From: Phoronis australis
Taxonomy: Eukaryota; Animalia; Phoronida
Length of the DNA: 64,000 bases
Reading direction: 5' to 3'
Assembly: GCA_002633005.1 (NCBI GenBank)
Contig: NMRA01000052.1
Location: 919,235 to 983,234 of the forward strand
Made by a program: the position numbers and the translations under genes. The notes below the pieces were generated by a model. The model was not told where the DNA came from and made no database searches. It worked only from the letters and a program-made list of their open reading frames with translations. Below, piece by piece: positions 1-12,900 of this stretch; the stretch's first letter is position 1, and each line of letters begins with the position of its first letter.

Positions 1-993
1 TTAATATTACAAATTATACTAAACTCTAGCGTAAATATCATCGTACCAGACCAAAAAGTGCAACAGAGGCATTTTGTATTATGCTCTAAGGCCATTGTTG
101 TTTTTTTGTCAGAACCATGAACCGATGCATTTGATCCATGTAAGAATATTGGTCCAGACATAAGATCAATCATGACACTTTATATTCAAGACCTTGTTAT
201 CTTTCTGCATGCTACAGTGAACAATTACTCCTCTTTACATCATAGTAACTTTCACTGCCAAACAGAGTTTTGCACCAGATGTCCAGAAAACCAGTGTTCT
301 GAACCTTTGCAGACTATATTGGCAAGCTGTTTTCTTTAACGTTTGTCATCTGCAGTTAGAGCGAGTGCATGCTTATAGACGAATAAGTGTCTAGAGGTTG
401 CGGTAAAATCTAACCAATTGCGGACAAACGTAGATCTTGCCAGAAATACCCGGTATTTTTTTCATTTTCAAGGACTTCCAGCAGTGTTGTAAATGCCGCA
501 GTTGTTCAAAACTGTGTTTAATGGTATCTGTGGAACAAAACTTGAACTTGAAATATCATTTAATTTTGTGCTACATGTTTCATTGAAAAAATAATAAAAA
601 TAAATTTCATTTGTCAGACAGATAATGCCCCAAATTGATGAGGTTTTTGCATAATCAGATTTTTTACAGACTCATGTTCCTGCATGTCGTGCATGTTAAA
701 TGTAATGTCTGTAAATAGAGAGTGTCTCATCTGTAGGCTATTCTTGTGCTTGTATTTACTGGTGTGTACTTGGCATATAATCAGGTATAATCTTTTCACT
801 TGTATGTACTCATTTGTACTCAAATGTACTCATATGTACGCAATTTGATCCCTATAGCACTTCTATACTTCCTTGGCAATGATGTGTTATTTGTCGTTCT
901 CATGATGTAGGTGTACTTGCATATACAGCTGCAAGTGGACTTCATCAGGCTTTTAGAGAATTCATACTTCACTGACAATGATGTATTTCCCAG

Positions 994-3900
994 GTGCTAT
1001 CAGTGCTTTGGGAAGAGGAGGTGGAGATGGTTGAAGACATAATGACTGATCTAGTCAACAAATCTCTGGCCTACTGTGAACCTACTGAAGCTGGTAGCCA
1101 TAGCAACTATGTCTACTACCTCCATGACCTGCAGTTAGACTTCCTAAAAGAGAATTGTTCTGATATTAAGGTATTAAGTTATTATGTTATCACTATTTGG
1201 GAATAATTACACATGTAGCTATGTTTGGTTGCTCTTTAAACACTTTTCAAAAATAGGGGTTTTGATGTAGAAAGTTTTCCACATGTTGTATTTTGTACAT
1301 ATATGTGCGAGAGAAATCGTTACGCTAACACACAGAAACTGACCAAAGCATGTTGTGTACAATCTAGATTTCTTTAACATTCGAGTGGACGTTGTCCTGA
1401 CACAATGACAAGGCTAAGAATCTTATGGCTCTTGTAATACCTAGTATATAACTCCTAGGCAAGATGCTTAACTTGTTGTGTATGATATACACAACAAGTT
1501 AAGCATTTATTTTCTTTAGTGACTGGTACTAATTCTTCATCATCATCAGCATTGTTTCCATAAATCATTTATAAATTGTCTGTATGTCTCACCTAATCAC
1601 AGCATCTTATGACACCTGATATCTTCCTCAATTTAAATATTTTGGTGTGGGTCACAATTTACTATAAAAATTACACTGTAATAGTTAATGTTCAGTGGTT
1701 GTAGTTTTGATGTTATAATTGATTTAGTTTTATGTAGTCAGCTATGCTGTAAATTTACAAACATTCACAGTGTAAAAATATCATTTATATGCATCTATTA
1801 GTTGTTCTCCGGAATAGGACGAAATAGATTTTTTTCTTCCAATGCTGATGCCCAGCATTGGTTTTCACCGAGGATTTTCATGTGAAATTCTGGTTGAAAG
1901 GATTGATAAAGAGAAAAATATATGTGCTTTTTCATTGTCTTTTAGGCATTGCACCAGAAACTAGTCACCACGTATCTCAAGTATTGCCATGGAGACTACG
2001 AGAACCTGCCCGAGGATGGTTATATACACTGGTTCCTTGGTTACCATATGTTCAGGGCTGGCATGGTCAAGGAAATGGCTGAGGTAGTTCTTGGGTTACG
2101 AGGGTGCATAGGCGCAGATCTAGGGATGTTCACTGTGCTCTGACTCCTTGTATTGCTACACTATAAGGCCCCATTTTGTGCTGTTTCGGGGTCTGTGCCT
2201 GACACTGTGTTTTGAAACCACTGGGTGTGTAACAGGACGGTTAGCTTTCTTCCAATGGGTGACTGGAAACGGGTTTCATGGGTGTTTAGGCTATCACATC
2301 ACTTTTTATTGCTATTGGAAAACCAGTTGCGATAAGTGTGTACTGTGATCTGAACCAAATCATTTTTGGAACATTTGGACACATATTAATGTAGAAATAG
2401 AGGTAAGTGCAAGCAACCAAAATAGTGTGGCTGAGGTGTAGAATCTCATACTCATCTTGTATGGTGCTAATTTCTCAAAGAGAATCTCTGAAAATTGTTA
2501 ATGAAAGTTTGATACTGAAAAAGCGTTTTTAACTGTCAGTACATACATGAAATAAAAATAGCACTTGAGTGTCTGTTATCTTAGATCTTTAACAAAAAAT
2601 CAGAATTTCCTTTTTGATTAACCATTTGTCAACATAATTATTGCTTTTAAATAAGAGGGTTTAATTATCAAAGTGCCTTGCATCTGAATTATTTGACTCC
2701 TCTTAAGTCAAACTATGTTTTTGTAGACCACTGAACATACTTGGTGTGTATTTAAGGTTTTCTTCAATCTCAAGTTTGTTGCCTCTAAAGTTCAAGTCAC
2801 AGGCCCGTCTGATCTCATCTCAGATTACATCAAATACAGTGGAATACTTGACGAACAGGTAAGAATGAGACCAGGGGTTCATTTCCGATTCGTAATTTGG
2901 GCTTTTGTGTTTCGATTAGTTGTATTACTTGACATCTGATAGGTTCCTAAGGTTACAATTAATTGAGTACAAGTTTTCATGTAATGTACTTAGCAAGACC
3001 AGAGCTTGTGAAGGGCCACAGGTAGTAAGTCAAAGTATAAAGGGGTATAATTTACATTATTTTATATCAAGATTCATGCAATTTTAATACTAGGGCATGT
3101 GGTAAAAACTGACAACTCATAGACCTTTTGTGTGCTACACTGCGGATACCTGCAGAGTTTTCCATTGTTGCTTAGTTTTTAATATGTTCAGTAGACTGAC
3201 AAAGACATTTGATTACTGTAGTAAAAATTCTCCAGTCTCTAACATTTGGAACACCAAATTTTAATCTGAATATAAACTTGGATGGACAGTATTTTTTTAA
3301 CATTTGGCGTAAGCGCCAACCTTGACCAAAGTAATTAATTTTTCAATGTTCCAAACTCGAGAGTTATATTTTTCAGCTTCATTCGTATTCACATAATTAT
3401 ATTTGAGTCTGTTTACATATGGTGATTATTACAGAATGCTCAACACAGAAAGGATTTCTTCAGGTTCATCAGTATTCACGCACACCTGTTTGTCGGACAG
3501 ACACCCGACATCATACAGCTCGGCTTGTCAGAGAAGACAGAGTCAGAAGTATACAAACAGGCCAAGACACTGGCCCTCAAGGATAAGAATGGCTTTTACT
3601 TAGACTGGTGGTACGTACTCGGAATGAAAGCACTCCCTGCACAGAGAACAAACAGCTCTATGTTCTGTTCTGGTGCTTTATGTTAACTCTTTCACTGACA
3701 TTTTTAGAACTGCATTTCCCTGTGCCAAATAAATTTTGAAGATATGCATGGATCTTAGATAATGTGCAATCACAAAATACGCTTTGAAACCTTTTTTTCG
3801 TGGTGGATTATTATGAAGCTTTCAAGGTAACTTGTGCACAAGTGTTTTATGATATTTTAACATTATGCCACCATGCAAGCATTTCTAGGTAGAGTATTCA

Positions 3901-6900
3901 AGATGTCTGGTGATAATTAAAAACACTTATTGGTCAATCAAGGGCTTTGGTTGAAATTTATACCTTGCCGGCCCTAGTACACAGTCTCACATCTGACATT
4001 TCAATCTTGAATCCTGAATCAGAATTATTTTGAATTCGAGTCAATTATCTCAACAATTGACATTTTAGATGCCGTTATATCAATCGTAGTTCGACAGGTA
4101 AGCGAAAAATTAAAATCCACTTTATTTGTTGGAGATTTTCTAAAGCTGTCTTCACGTCATCTGCCAATGTTGTTAAGCTGTTGTTATCTCCCTTGAGGGT
4201 TATCTGGTCAAGAAGGGAAAGTGTCCAATTCCCGATCAGTGCGTTTGGCAGTGACTGGGGAACTTGCAGTGGCAGTGAAAGAGTTAAAGTGTACAGTAAT
4301 AATTAAACTCTCCTTGCAAAACAAACAAAAAAAAGTGCCCATCATCGACAGCTGTTAAATGTGAAATATTGGCGAATATTTTTGTTTCTTCAAAACATGC
4401 TCAATGACTAAACATTGTTTCAGTTTTGGGTTATTTACTTTTATTGACAATTTCTACTTTTTATTGGTTAATGTTTTCCACTTTTTAGGTTATTGTAAGA
4501 AAATATGGAAGATTGAAAAATTTACTAGTGACTAGTTTCTGTTCCTAGCACGTGTCATTTTATCACTCGCCAAATTGCTTCGAACATTCAGCTTTTATCA
4601 TAGTTGGCGCCATCTTTACTTGTTTGTCTTAATTACGGTAAGAATTCTTCGGTGGAAAGATGAAATATCATTTTGTCAGATTTCTCAACAAAAATAATTT
4701 TGCAGGAAAATTAACTTACCTTTTAGCATGGTTTGTATGGCGTAGCTATTTACGAACAACATCAGGTAAAATTTCGATCATTTGCAACAACGGGGTCAGC
4801 CTCTGAAAAAGAAATATTGCAATTTTACCATTTTATTTTTGTCCCAAATTGAGGAATTTTTATTGTAATATCTTTCCGTTAAAACATTTTATTGCATGCC
4901 AGAGCATTTTGTGCATGTATCCTGATTGCTTCATTCCAGCAATAAAGAAATGGTGGGATCAGTTTTCCACCTGACATCAAAGCTTCACAAAGGTTCGGTG
5001 TTATGTGCACAGGGCTCTCCAGATGGCAAAACGCTTCTGTCGTGCGGAGATGACAATGCAATAAAGGTAAGCGTGGGGGGGTATTTGACATGCGGATATA
5101 TTTGTGTGACTGATATACTACGTGTTATACTGTAACTTAGGTCTTAGTCACTATCACATCAAATGTCGGAGCCAGTTTTGACGTCTTGATGGAATAGCCA
5201 AAGGACTGTGCAAACAGGCAGCTGTGGCAAAACACATGCGTCAAATGTGATGCTGCCATCCATAAGGTTCGTATTCAGATTGTACAACATCAGTTACGTC
5301 TCGAAATCATTTTGGGAACTACTTTGGGGTGACGGGGCCGTAAGATCTTGAAATGTGTGAAACTATTTACTACTCTAATATTATTTATGATGTCTGAACT
5401 CGTTAAATGACGAGAATTCTTTGTAGTTGTCGTACGCCAGTGTGGTGCAAATGAAGTCATTACTATTGCTAAAGCTGTACAAATACTTTCGGTAGTTGTG
5501 TAAATGAGTATTGTAATGAATCTTGAATTATTTTGTGAAGATTTAATATATGGACGAATTCAAAATATGGTCCGCTTAATTAGCTCATGAATTTGAGCCC
5601 CTATCTGTCAATTGACCCTTTAAGTCCGGTCTGCACGTCACGTGACCTAATGAACATATTAAGTTCAAGAAGATTTCTGCTCCCGACCGGGACTCAAACC
5701 CAGAACCTTCTGCTCTCCGTGCAGACACTCTAGCCACTGAGCCATTGGGACCACTGGTCAAACATAGAAATCCAATCTGACTTAGCAATGGGCATCATGC
5801 CCATAAAATCGTGAGTCTAAATATATATATAAATCTTAAACCATCGTGAAGTACAGATTACAAAAATTTTAAGTCTGGTCTGCATGCTAAGATAATCAAT
5901 GTTTCAAAAATCCGTTGTTCAACTTGTTTTAATGTGCAACTTTCAGATTTGTGACGCTCAGTCTGGTCATGAACTCATCAGTTACAATGACGCACACGAA
6001 GAACCAATCACGTGTTGTACATTCTCGCATGATGGCTCCAAGATCCTTTCCTCATCCGAGGACAATATGATCAAGATATTCACTGTTCCTCATCTGCTAA
6101 CCACCTCAGAGCAGACCATTTGTCGGAAGGGCTCCAGTAAAGAAGCCTCCCCTAGGGTAGGTATTCTCTTGTCTAATGGCTTAAGCAGGGCTCTGCAAAC
6201 TATGAACAACACTCTAGATGTGCCTAACAATTCTGTGCACCATGGAGATCTCCCTGTATTGTTAATTTTTTCTCATGTGGCGTTGATTGATTTATTATTT
6301 TGTGTTCAAGGTGAGGGTAGAGAGCTTCCGTTTCATGTTCTCGCAAGGTGACAACCCTGGACGTGAAGGTGAGGGAGGAAATGATGACAACGACGTGTGT
6401 GTCCTGCGCACGTTCGTTGGGCACAAAGCTGATGTACTGTGGTGCTGCTTCTCACACGACGACGCCATTGTCGCCTCATGTAGCTTGGACGGTGAGCTGA
6501 AATTGTGGGATGCCGTAAGCGGGCGTACGAAATTTGACCTCGTTGGACACACAGCAGGGGTTAAATCTTGCTGTTTCTCACATGACTCCAAGTTCCTGGC
6601 GAGCTGCTCATTCGATGGAACGCTGAAAATCTGGTCGGTGGCCGAGGGAAAGTGCAAGTATACTCACGATCAGGATGAAGGCTATGCCACCTGTTGTGCC
6701 TTCTACCCTGACTCGTATGACATTGCTGCTAGCGTTGACAATCGTATAATGGTAATCACAATTAATGAAGTGTGAATTTGTTTAGTAATTGCCTTTAGTT
6801 ATTGCTTTATTGTATTTTGGAAAATGCATTATTGCTGACGCTACAATTACAATAACTGCATCATCAACAGTATCACTGAGAGCAACTGTAGCTGGCTTCG

Positions 6901-9900
6901 TGTTTTTACCAGGCTCATGAAAAGTTAAGCCAATACTCAGCTCTTTAACAGAGCTGGAGGGCCATCGAATTGCTTGTCACTGATTTGTGAAATGGGCATA
7001 AACCAAATAATGGGAGAAATACTTGTTTCGTATGATAGTACTAACCGAATCGAATTCCCTTGACATATTTAGGGTACCGTGAGCGGTCTTACTGGTTATA
7101 TTTCACCTCTAACAAAAACGAATCAAATCGTCTGCCATCTTCTGCTCTTAGTTTTTGACTTAATGACATCATGTAGTGACCCGAATACCAGCCAATGAGC
7201 CCTGTGAATGCTTTAGTTCGCAAGTTCACCATTAGGTTCAAAAATGATAATGGCAGAGTGAGGAGCATATAGTAAGAAGTCGAATCATCGCGCTCTTTCG
7301 AACAGCTTGAAATTCATGAAGTTATATTTGCCATATTATTTCTGCAGATAAATGTGTTCATGCAACTGCAGTTTCGAAGTGTGCAGGTTAATATTTGATG
7401 TGCAATTCCAGTGTGATACGTTTGACTTTCAATCCTGTTTAAGGGTTGGTTTACTACTAAGTTGCACTGACTTATAGCATTTTTCCCTTGCATAGGTTTT
7501 CTCATCTATTCTTGAAATGCTGCAGTTTTTAATGGTTGGTTTTTGGTATTATTCTATCCTACAGGTACATGATATAGTGACAGGCAAGGTTGGCAAGACA
7601 TTTGCCGCACGCAAGTTGACTGCTATTCTTCATTTTGCCTTCTCACCAGATGGCAACTACGTCACTGCAGGGCTTTCAGATTATTCTGTGCAGGTATGTC
7701 AAGTTGGCCACAAACTGCTCCAGGTGTTTTTTTTATGCTGTTTACGAGGCCATATTGTGAACGTAAGAAACATTAATTATTTGTACTTGTCCATTGCAAA
7801 CAAGAGTTTTATAAACTACTTATTAGGTTAAGTCTAAACAGCATGATGATGTTTTGATTTCTTTGGAAACTTATGTACTTTGTAGAATATCTTTAGGTTG
7901 TTTTACATGTCATGTCATGGTTTAACGTGTTGCACTGAGTAGATTCCCTAACAAATTTTATGGGTATTGTGAAAGACTACACATTCAACTGAAATCATCA
8001 AGATACTGGTTTTCGTCCCAATTTCACTGCACAAAGGGAACCCCATTCATCTCACTGCCAGCCTTACTAGCAGTTAGGACTTCAAATCAAGTTATGCACT
8101 AGTGATACCATAAAAATTCTCCAGTTTGGGACAGGGAGAATGACTATTTTGGTCAAGGTCGCAGCTTGCATCAGATTTTGAAAATAACCTATATTCGCTG
8201 TTCAAATTGAAGAATAGCAATTAACGACATAAGCTCATTTGCCTCGATTTTGCGCACCCTGGGGATGTATGACAGTGTTGCATTTGTGGCTATTTTTGAC
8301 GATTTTAGACTCTGTTGATACGAAAGAACTTATTTGAGAAATACTGTGAATGTCAAAATCACCCACGTATCAATCTTTGGAATCAAGATAATTTGAATTC
8401 TGCTTGAACTTCAATGTACCGAATTTTGGAGATTATCCCAAACTGGAAAATTTTCCGCAAAAAATACAGAATAAATTTAAGATTATTTTCAGTTGTGTTT
8501 GTCAGTTTCATCTTGAGACACCCATTTTCAGAAGATGTTTCTATACTACGTAATGTCATCTTCAGGTATGGAAGACGAGCACTGCTCATCCCGTGTCTGT
8601 GTTGAAAGCTCACTGTGGTTGGGTCTACACGGTGGCTTTCTCAAGTGACGGCAAAAAGATCGTGTCGTCCTCCGATGATGGCACTGTCATAGTAAGTAGT
8701 CGCGAAATTTTTTTTGGAAATTATTCTCTGTTTGTAAGACCAATGGATGTAGTCTATTAAGATTGCGATGGTAAGGGAAATATTTTGAAACCGATTTTGT
8801 TTACATAGACATTGACTCACTCAAAATATAACACAGCTGAAACAGTGTGTCAGTAGCCAAGTAAATTAAATAAGAATCAAGCTGCGTCAGTGAGAACCTT
8901 TTGCCTTTGATGAATATGCAGGAAGTGTGGATAAAGCTGTCATTAGAAGGTTCCAGCTACGATTTCAAGGATGAAGAAACTTGAACCAAATCGGCAGCAT
9001 TCAGATGGATGCATTTTGACTGCCGACCTCAGTGGTGTCATTTTGACATAATAGATCATTCGTGTGACAAATTTCTCATAGTGGATTTTAGAATTTGGAG
9101 ATTGTACCATGATTAAAGTTAAATAATGAATATAATGCAGTCCAAGAGTTATTAAAATACAGCGTTTTATGACATCAGTAAGTGTACAGGTAGTATTTTA
9201 AAATACGTGTGCTCTGTTCCTAGGCATTTAGTAAGACAGGACTGGCATGCATATTTCAGGTTAACAACTAATGTGGCTGTTGTCGTAGAACACATAATAT
9301 GTATTTCAATGGCAAGTCTTGGTTTGTTTTGATTTTGCATTTATTAGAAGTCGTATTATTAAAGTTATGAAATATGAAATGTTAATACTTCTAATTTTCC
9401 ATGACCGCGTTATCTCGAGGGCAGTGTTTTTGGTGTATGACACCGTCTCAAATTAATGTTGATTAAACTTAAGAACATGTTTCGGCATTTATTAAAACAC
9501 CATCTTCAGAAGCATAAACAGTGGCCATCTTGCAAGTCAACAAGTAATGATACACAGGTGTTTCAATAAATGCCGAAACATGTCAAGCAGATTTAAATCC
9601 ACCGTTGTTTTTATCAACATATGCTGCTACTCGCTGCTATGGAGATCTCAAATTTATACAATTTTGAAGTTGCCGCTTTTTGGGCATCTGAAAGTATGCA
9701 CCTTCTCACTTCAATAGTTCAACGTGTTAGTCTGCCTGGCACTGGTTAGTGTAAAAATTGTGAGGTAGGATATCATGTCATCAATAAATAGCAATCATGT
9801 ACAAATTGAATTTTTGAAAAGTCAGTAAAGGTCAGTATGTTTGTAGTTAATGACTTAATTTTTCATGATATAGTCGACTTTTAGTATCAAACAAGTTGTG

Positions 9901-12900
9901 TCACATTTGACTATGTGCTAAGGGGAATGGGAAAAAAAGAATTCAGACTGCTTTTAAGTAGCTCTCCGGCAATTTCTGGTTGGCCCTCTATTGATGTTGC
10001 GTTGTAGATTTTTTCAGCAATGCTCGATAATTATAATTATTACTGTTGCATTTTAATCGTTATATTATCATTATTGTTGCGATTATTATTATTATTATTA
10101 TTATTATTATTGTTATTGTTATAGTTATGGGATGCTGAAAATATTCAAAGTTCTGACGTAATTGGTCTGAAGAGAGACTTTGACATCCAGTTCACCGAGG
10201 ATTCGTTTTTGCTGGTTGCCCCTGATAACAACAATCAGCTGAAGGTAGGGTGTCATTATGGTTGAAATTTCATAGTACGTGGAGTTTCAACTGAGCTTTC
10301 TGTGTTATTGGTGTTAACTCCCAAATGAGTGGAACCAAATCTCAACAAGTTTGACTGTCCTAGTGACCCGTTTTACTTTGTTCAAAATCATAGTTGAACT
10401 TTTCACAAAATTTTAAAGAATCTGTCACACCAAAGTCTCTCTCAAAACTTGTGACCACATAATAACGTCTTGATGATGGGCAGCTGTTGGCCAAGCAAAA
10501 GTCTCAAATGTGACTCTGTTCAACGAGGTCTTGTGTACAATACTTTGTCGGTTCTCATTTGATTTTTTAATTTTCAAACTCGTCCTGAAAAATATCTAGC
10601 TTAGGCTGCCTGTTAAGTGTTGTTATAACTACCTACTGTAATGCTGGAAACTTACTTTCCACTTTGCCATTTAGTTTATTTATTTGGTGTAAAATACATC
10701 ATCATGTATTGACATAATTAAGCATGGAGTTATGTACAAAATGCAAGTCCATGGATTTAGTTATGAAATTTATTATCGAGTGTATATCGACATTAAAAGT
10801 GCCCTTTACACCAATATCTTTCATTTTCTGTTGCATTAGTGTTTACGGTTTTTGAATTCAGAATATTTGAGTTATTTTACAACATTTCTCGTAACAATGT
10901 GGTACTGCTCTGGTTGGTGGTTTTATTATTAAGTTCTTCTGCAGGTGATTCAAGGTTATGATGGGAGAATCTGTGCCACGTCTCCTGCTGAAGCCTCCAG
11001 GGTGCGCTGTTGTGCCCTCTGTCCTGATCTCACTAAGGCAGCCTATGGCTGTGAAGATGGCACATTTAAGGTTAGCTTGTTCTTTGCTGGAATAAGTCCA
11101 TGCGCAATATGAAGTCGAAAGCCCCACAGGGAAAGTGTTGAGGGTGGGGGAAGAGCATGAGAGATGACGAGTCTGAGAATTTTTGTTTTAAAATGTCAGA
11201 CAAGTGTAATTTAGTTAAATGGAGAGAATACTAGGTTTTCCCTGTTGGGCTGTTAAGGGTGGGCTTCCAATTTGTTTCTCACTCACCGCTGATATTGCGT
11301 GGGCTTATCATAGAAAATTTCTGTGACACTTTCTCTACCGTTTGATATTTCCTGTTGTAACAAGGCTGCATTTCACCTCAGTTCAGCTGTCAATGTTGAT
11401 TTCTTAATGAAACACTTTGAGGTTTAAAAGCATTCTGATACTCATTTGAATCTGAGTTATTGCCAAATCAACTGGCAACTCAAGTCACAGACAATGCGCA
11501 CTTTCGAATTTGCAATTTTAGCTGAACTGTTTCCTTGAATCACTGCTGGTTGGATTTTCTTGTTCGAAAATGGAACAGAATCCTGGTCATGGTTGGGAAC
11601 ATTATGAGACTGGTTACAGAAGAGTAAAAAGGCCTAATTCAATTTTCATTTTTTAACCTGCTGAAAATGGCGAAATGTAGCTTACAGTTAGACAAGTAAA
11701 AATTTGTTTGACCCATAGAAAAATACGACAATCCTTGCTCTAGTGTCGTATGGTCACACTAAAATATGTGCAAAGTCTAAATCACGATGGATGCGATTCT
11801 TGGGAATCTGTTCATGATGGTACTATGTTATGGCCTCGAGTGGCAAACACAATAGAGTCCACATTAACAAATGAGTTATTGATATGTTTTTAATCAAAAT
11901 GCCAATGCGTCTTGAAACTTGGTATGCTGCTTTGCGGCTGCTTTGTTTTTTTTGCATATCTTGTTGCGAAAATCACACGTTATACATTGTCATGCATCTC
12001 TGTCTTCTGCAGGTGGTGCACTTTGATAATGACTACCAAATCACAAGCATCACAGATCATCCGGGTCATACTGATGCCGTGCGATGCTGTGTCTTCACCG
12101 AGGCAATATTAGTCAGCTGCTCTGATGATTGTACTTTGAGGGTAAATGCTTTAGATAGAGGAGGCAGTGTGGCTTAGTGTGATGGTGCCCGCCTTCTTTA
12201 CTCGAGGTCGTGGGTTTGAGTCCCACTGGGCCACACTGCTTGACCCTTGAGTCAGGTCTCTAGCTCCTCAGTTCGGTTTTAAGTATATATTAATAATTTA
12301 CACAAAAATATTTCCAGGTGATCAGTGCAATGGGCCAACATGCGTGGCCTGCAATATATGAAAATGCTTTACACGTAGTTAAAGAAGCAAGATTCAAATT
12401 CAGAGTTGGCCACGTTAGTGTGATTGGCTTTGGAACTGAATATGCCAAGTTCAACCCATGGCGAGCACCGTTGAATAGTGAAAACAACAATTGATAACTA
12501 ATGTAATAGTTAAATAATTGCTTGCTTATAATCTCCTTTTTAATTAGTGGCCTGTTTTGAATAATCTTTGAAAGAATGTAACATGTAAGTGTTTTTACTA
12601 GGCATGATTTTTACGGCAATCTATAGCTAGTGTATGCTTTCAGTCTTATTGTTTTGTGTCCTAAGGTGAGACTAGGAAGTGACTGTTAGTCCAGTCGTAA
12701 GATCACACGTTCACTGTGTGTTGTCACCTGACTGTTGAAGTCAACCTGTGACATGATCTATTCACAATTATAATTGTACTTTGATTGATTTCTTGAATAT
12801 CTATTTAAAGTCTGAAAGTATTGTCTATAAACCTGTCATCCATCAGAAACACAAATTTTTTAATATACCGGTAAATCATTTAGTGTAGTGGTCTTAGTGT

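Noticed and set aside
5678-5752. Functional tRNA gene
   Set aside because: Broken acceptor stem, non-canonical anticodon loop and T-loop, no oligo-T terminator; treated as repeat-derived.
6295-6657. 120-aa antisense ORF
   Set aside because: Shadow of the real Apaf-1 WD40 exon on the plus strand.
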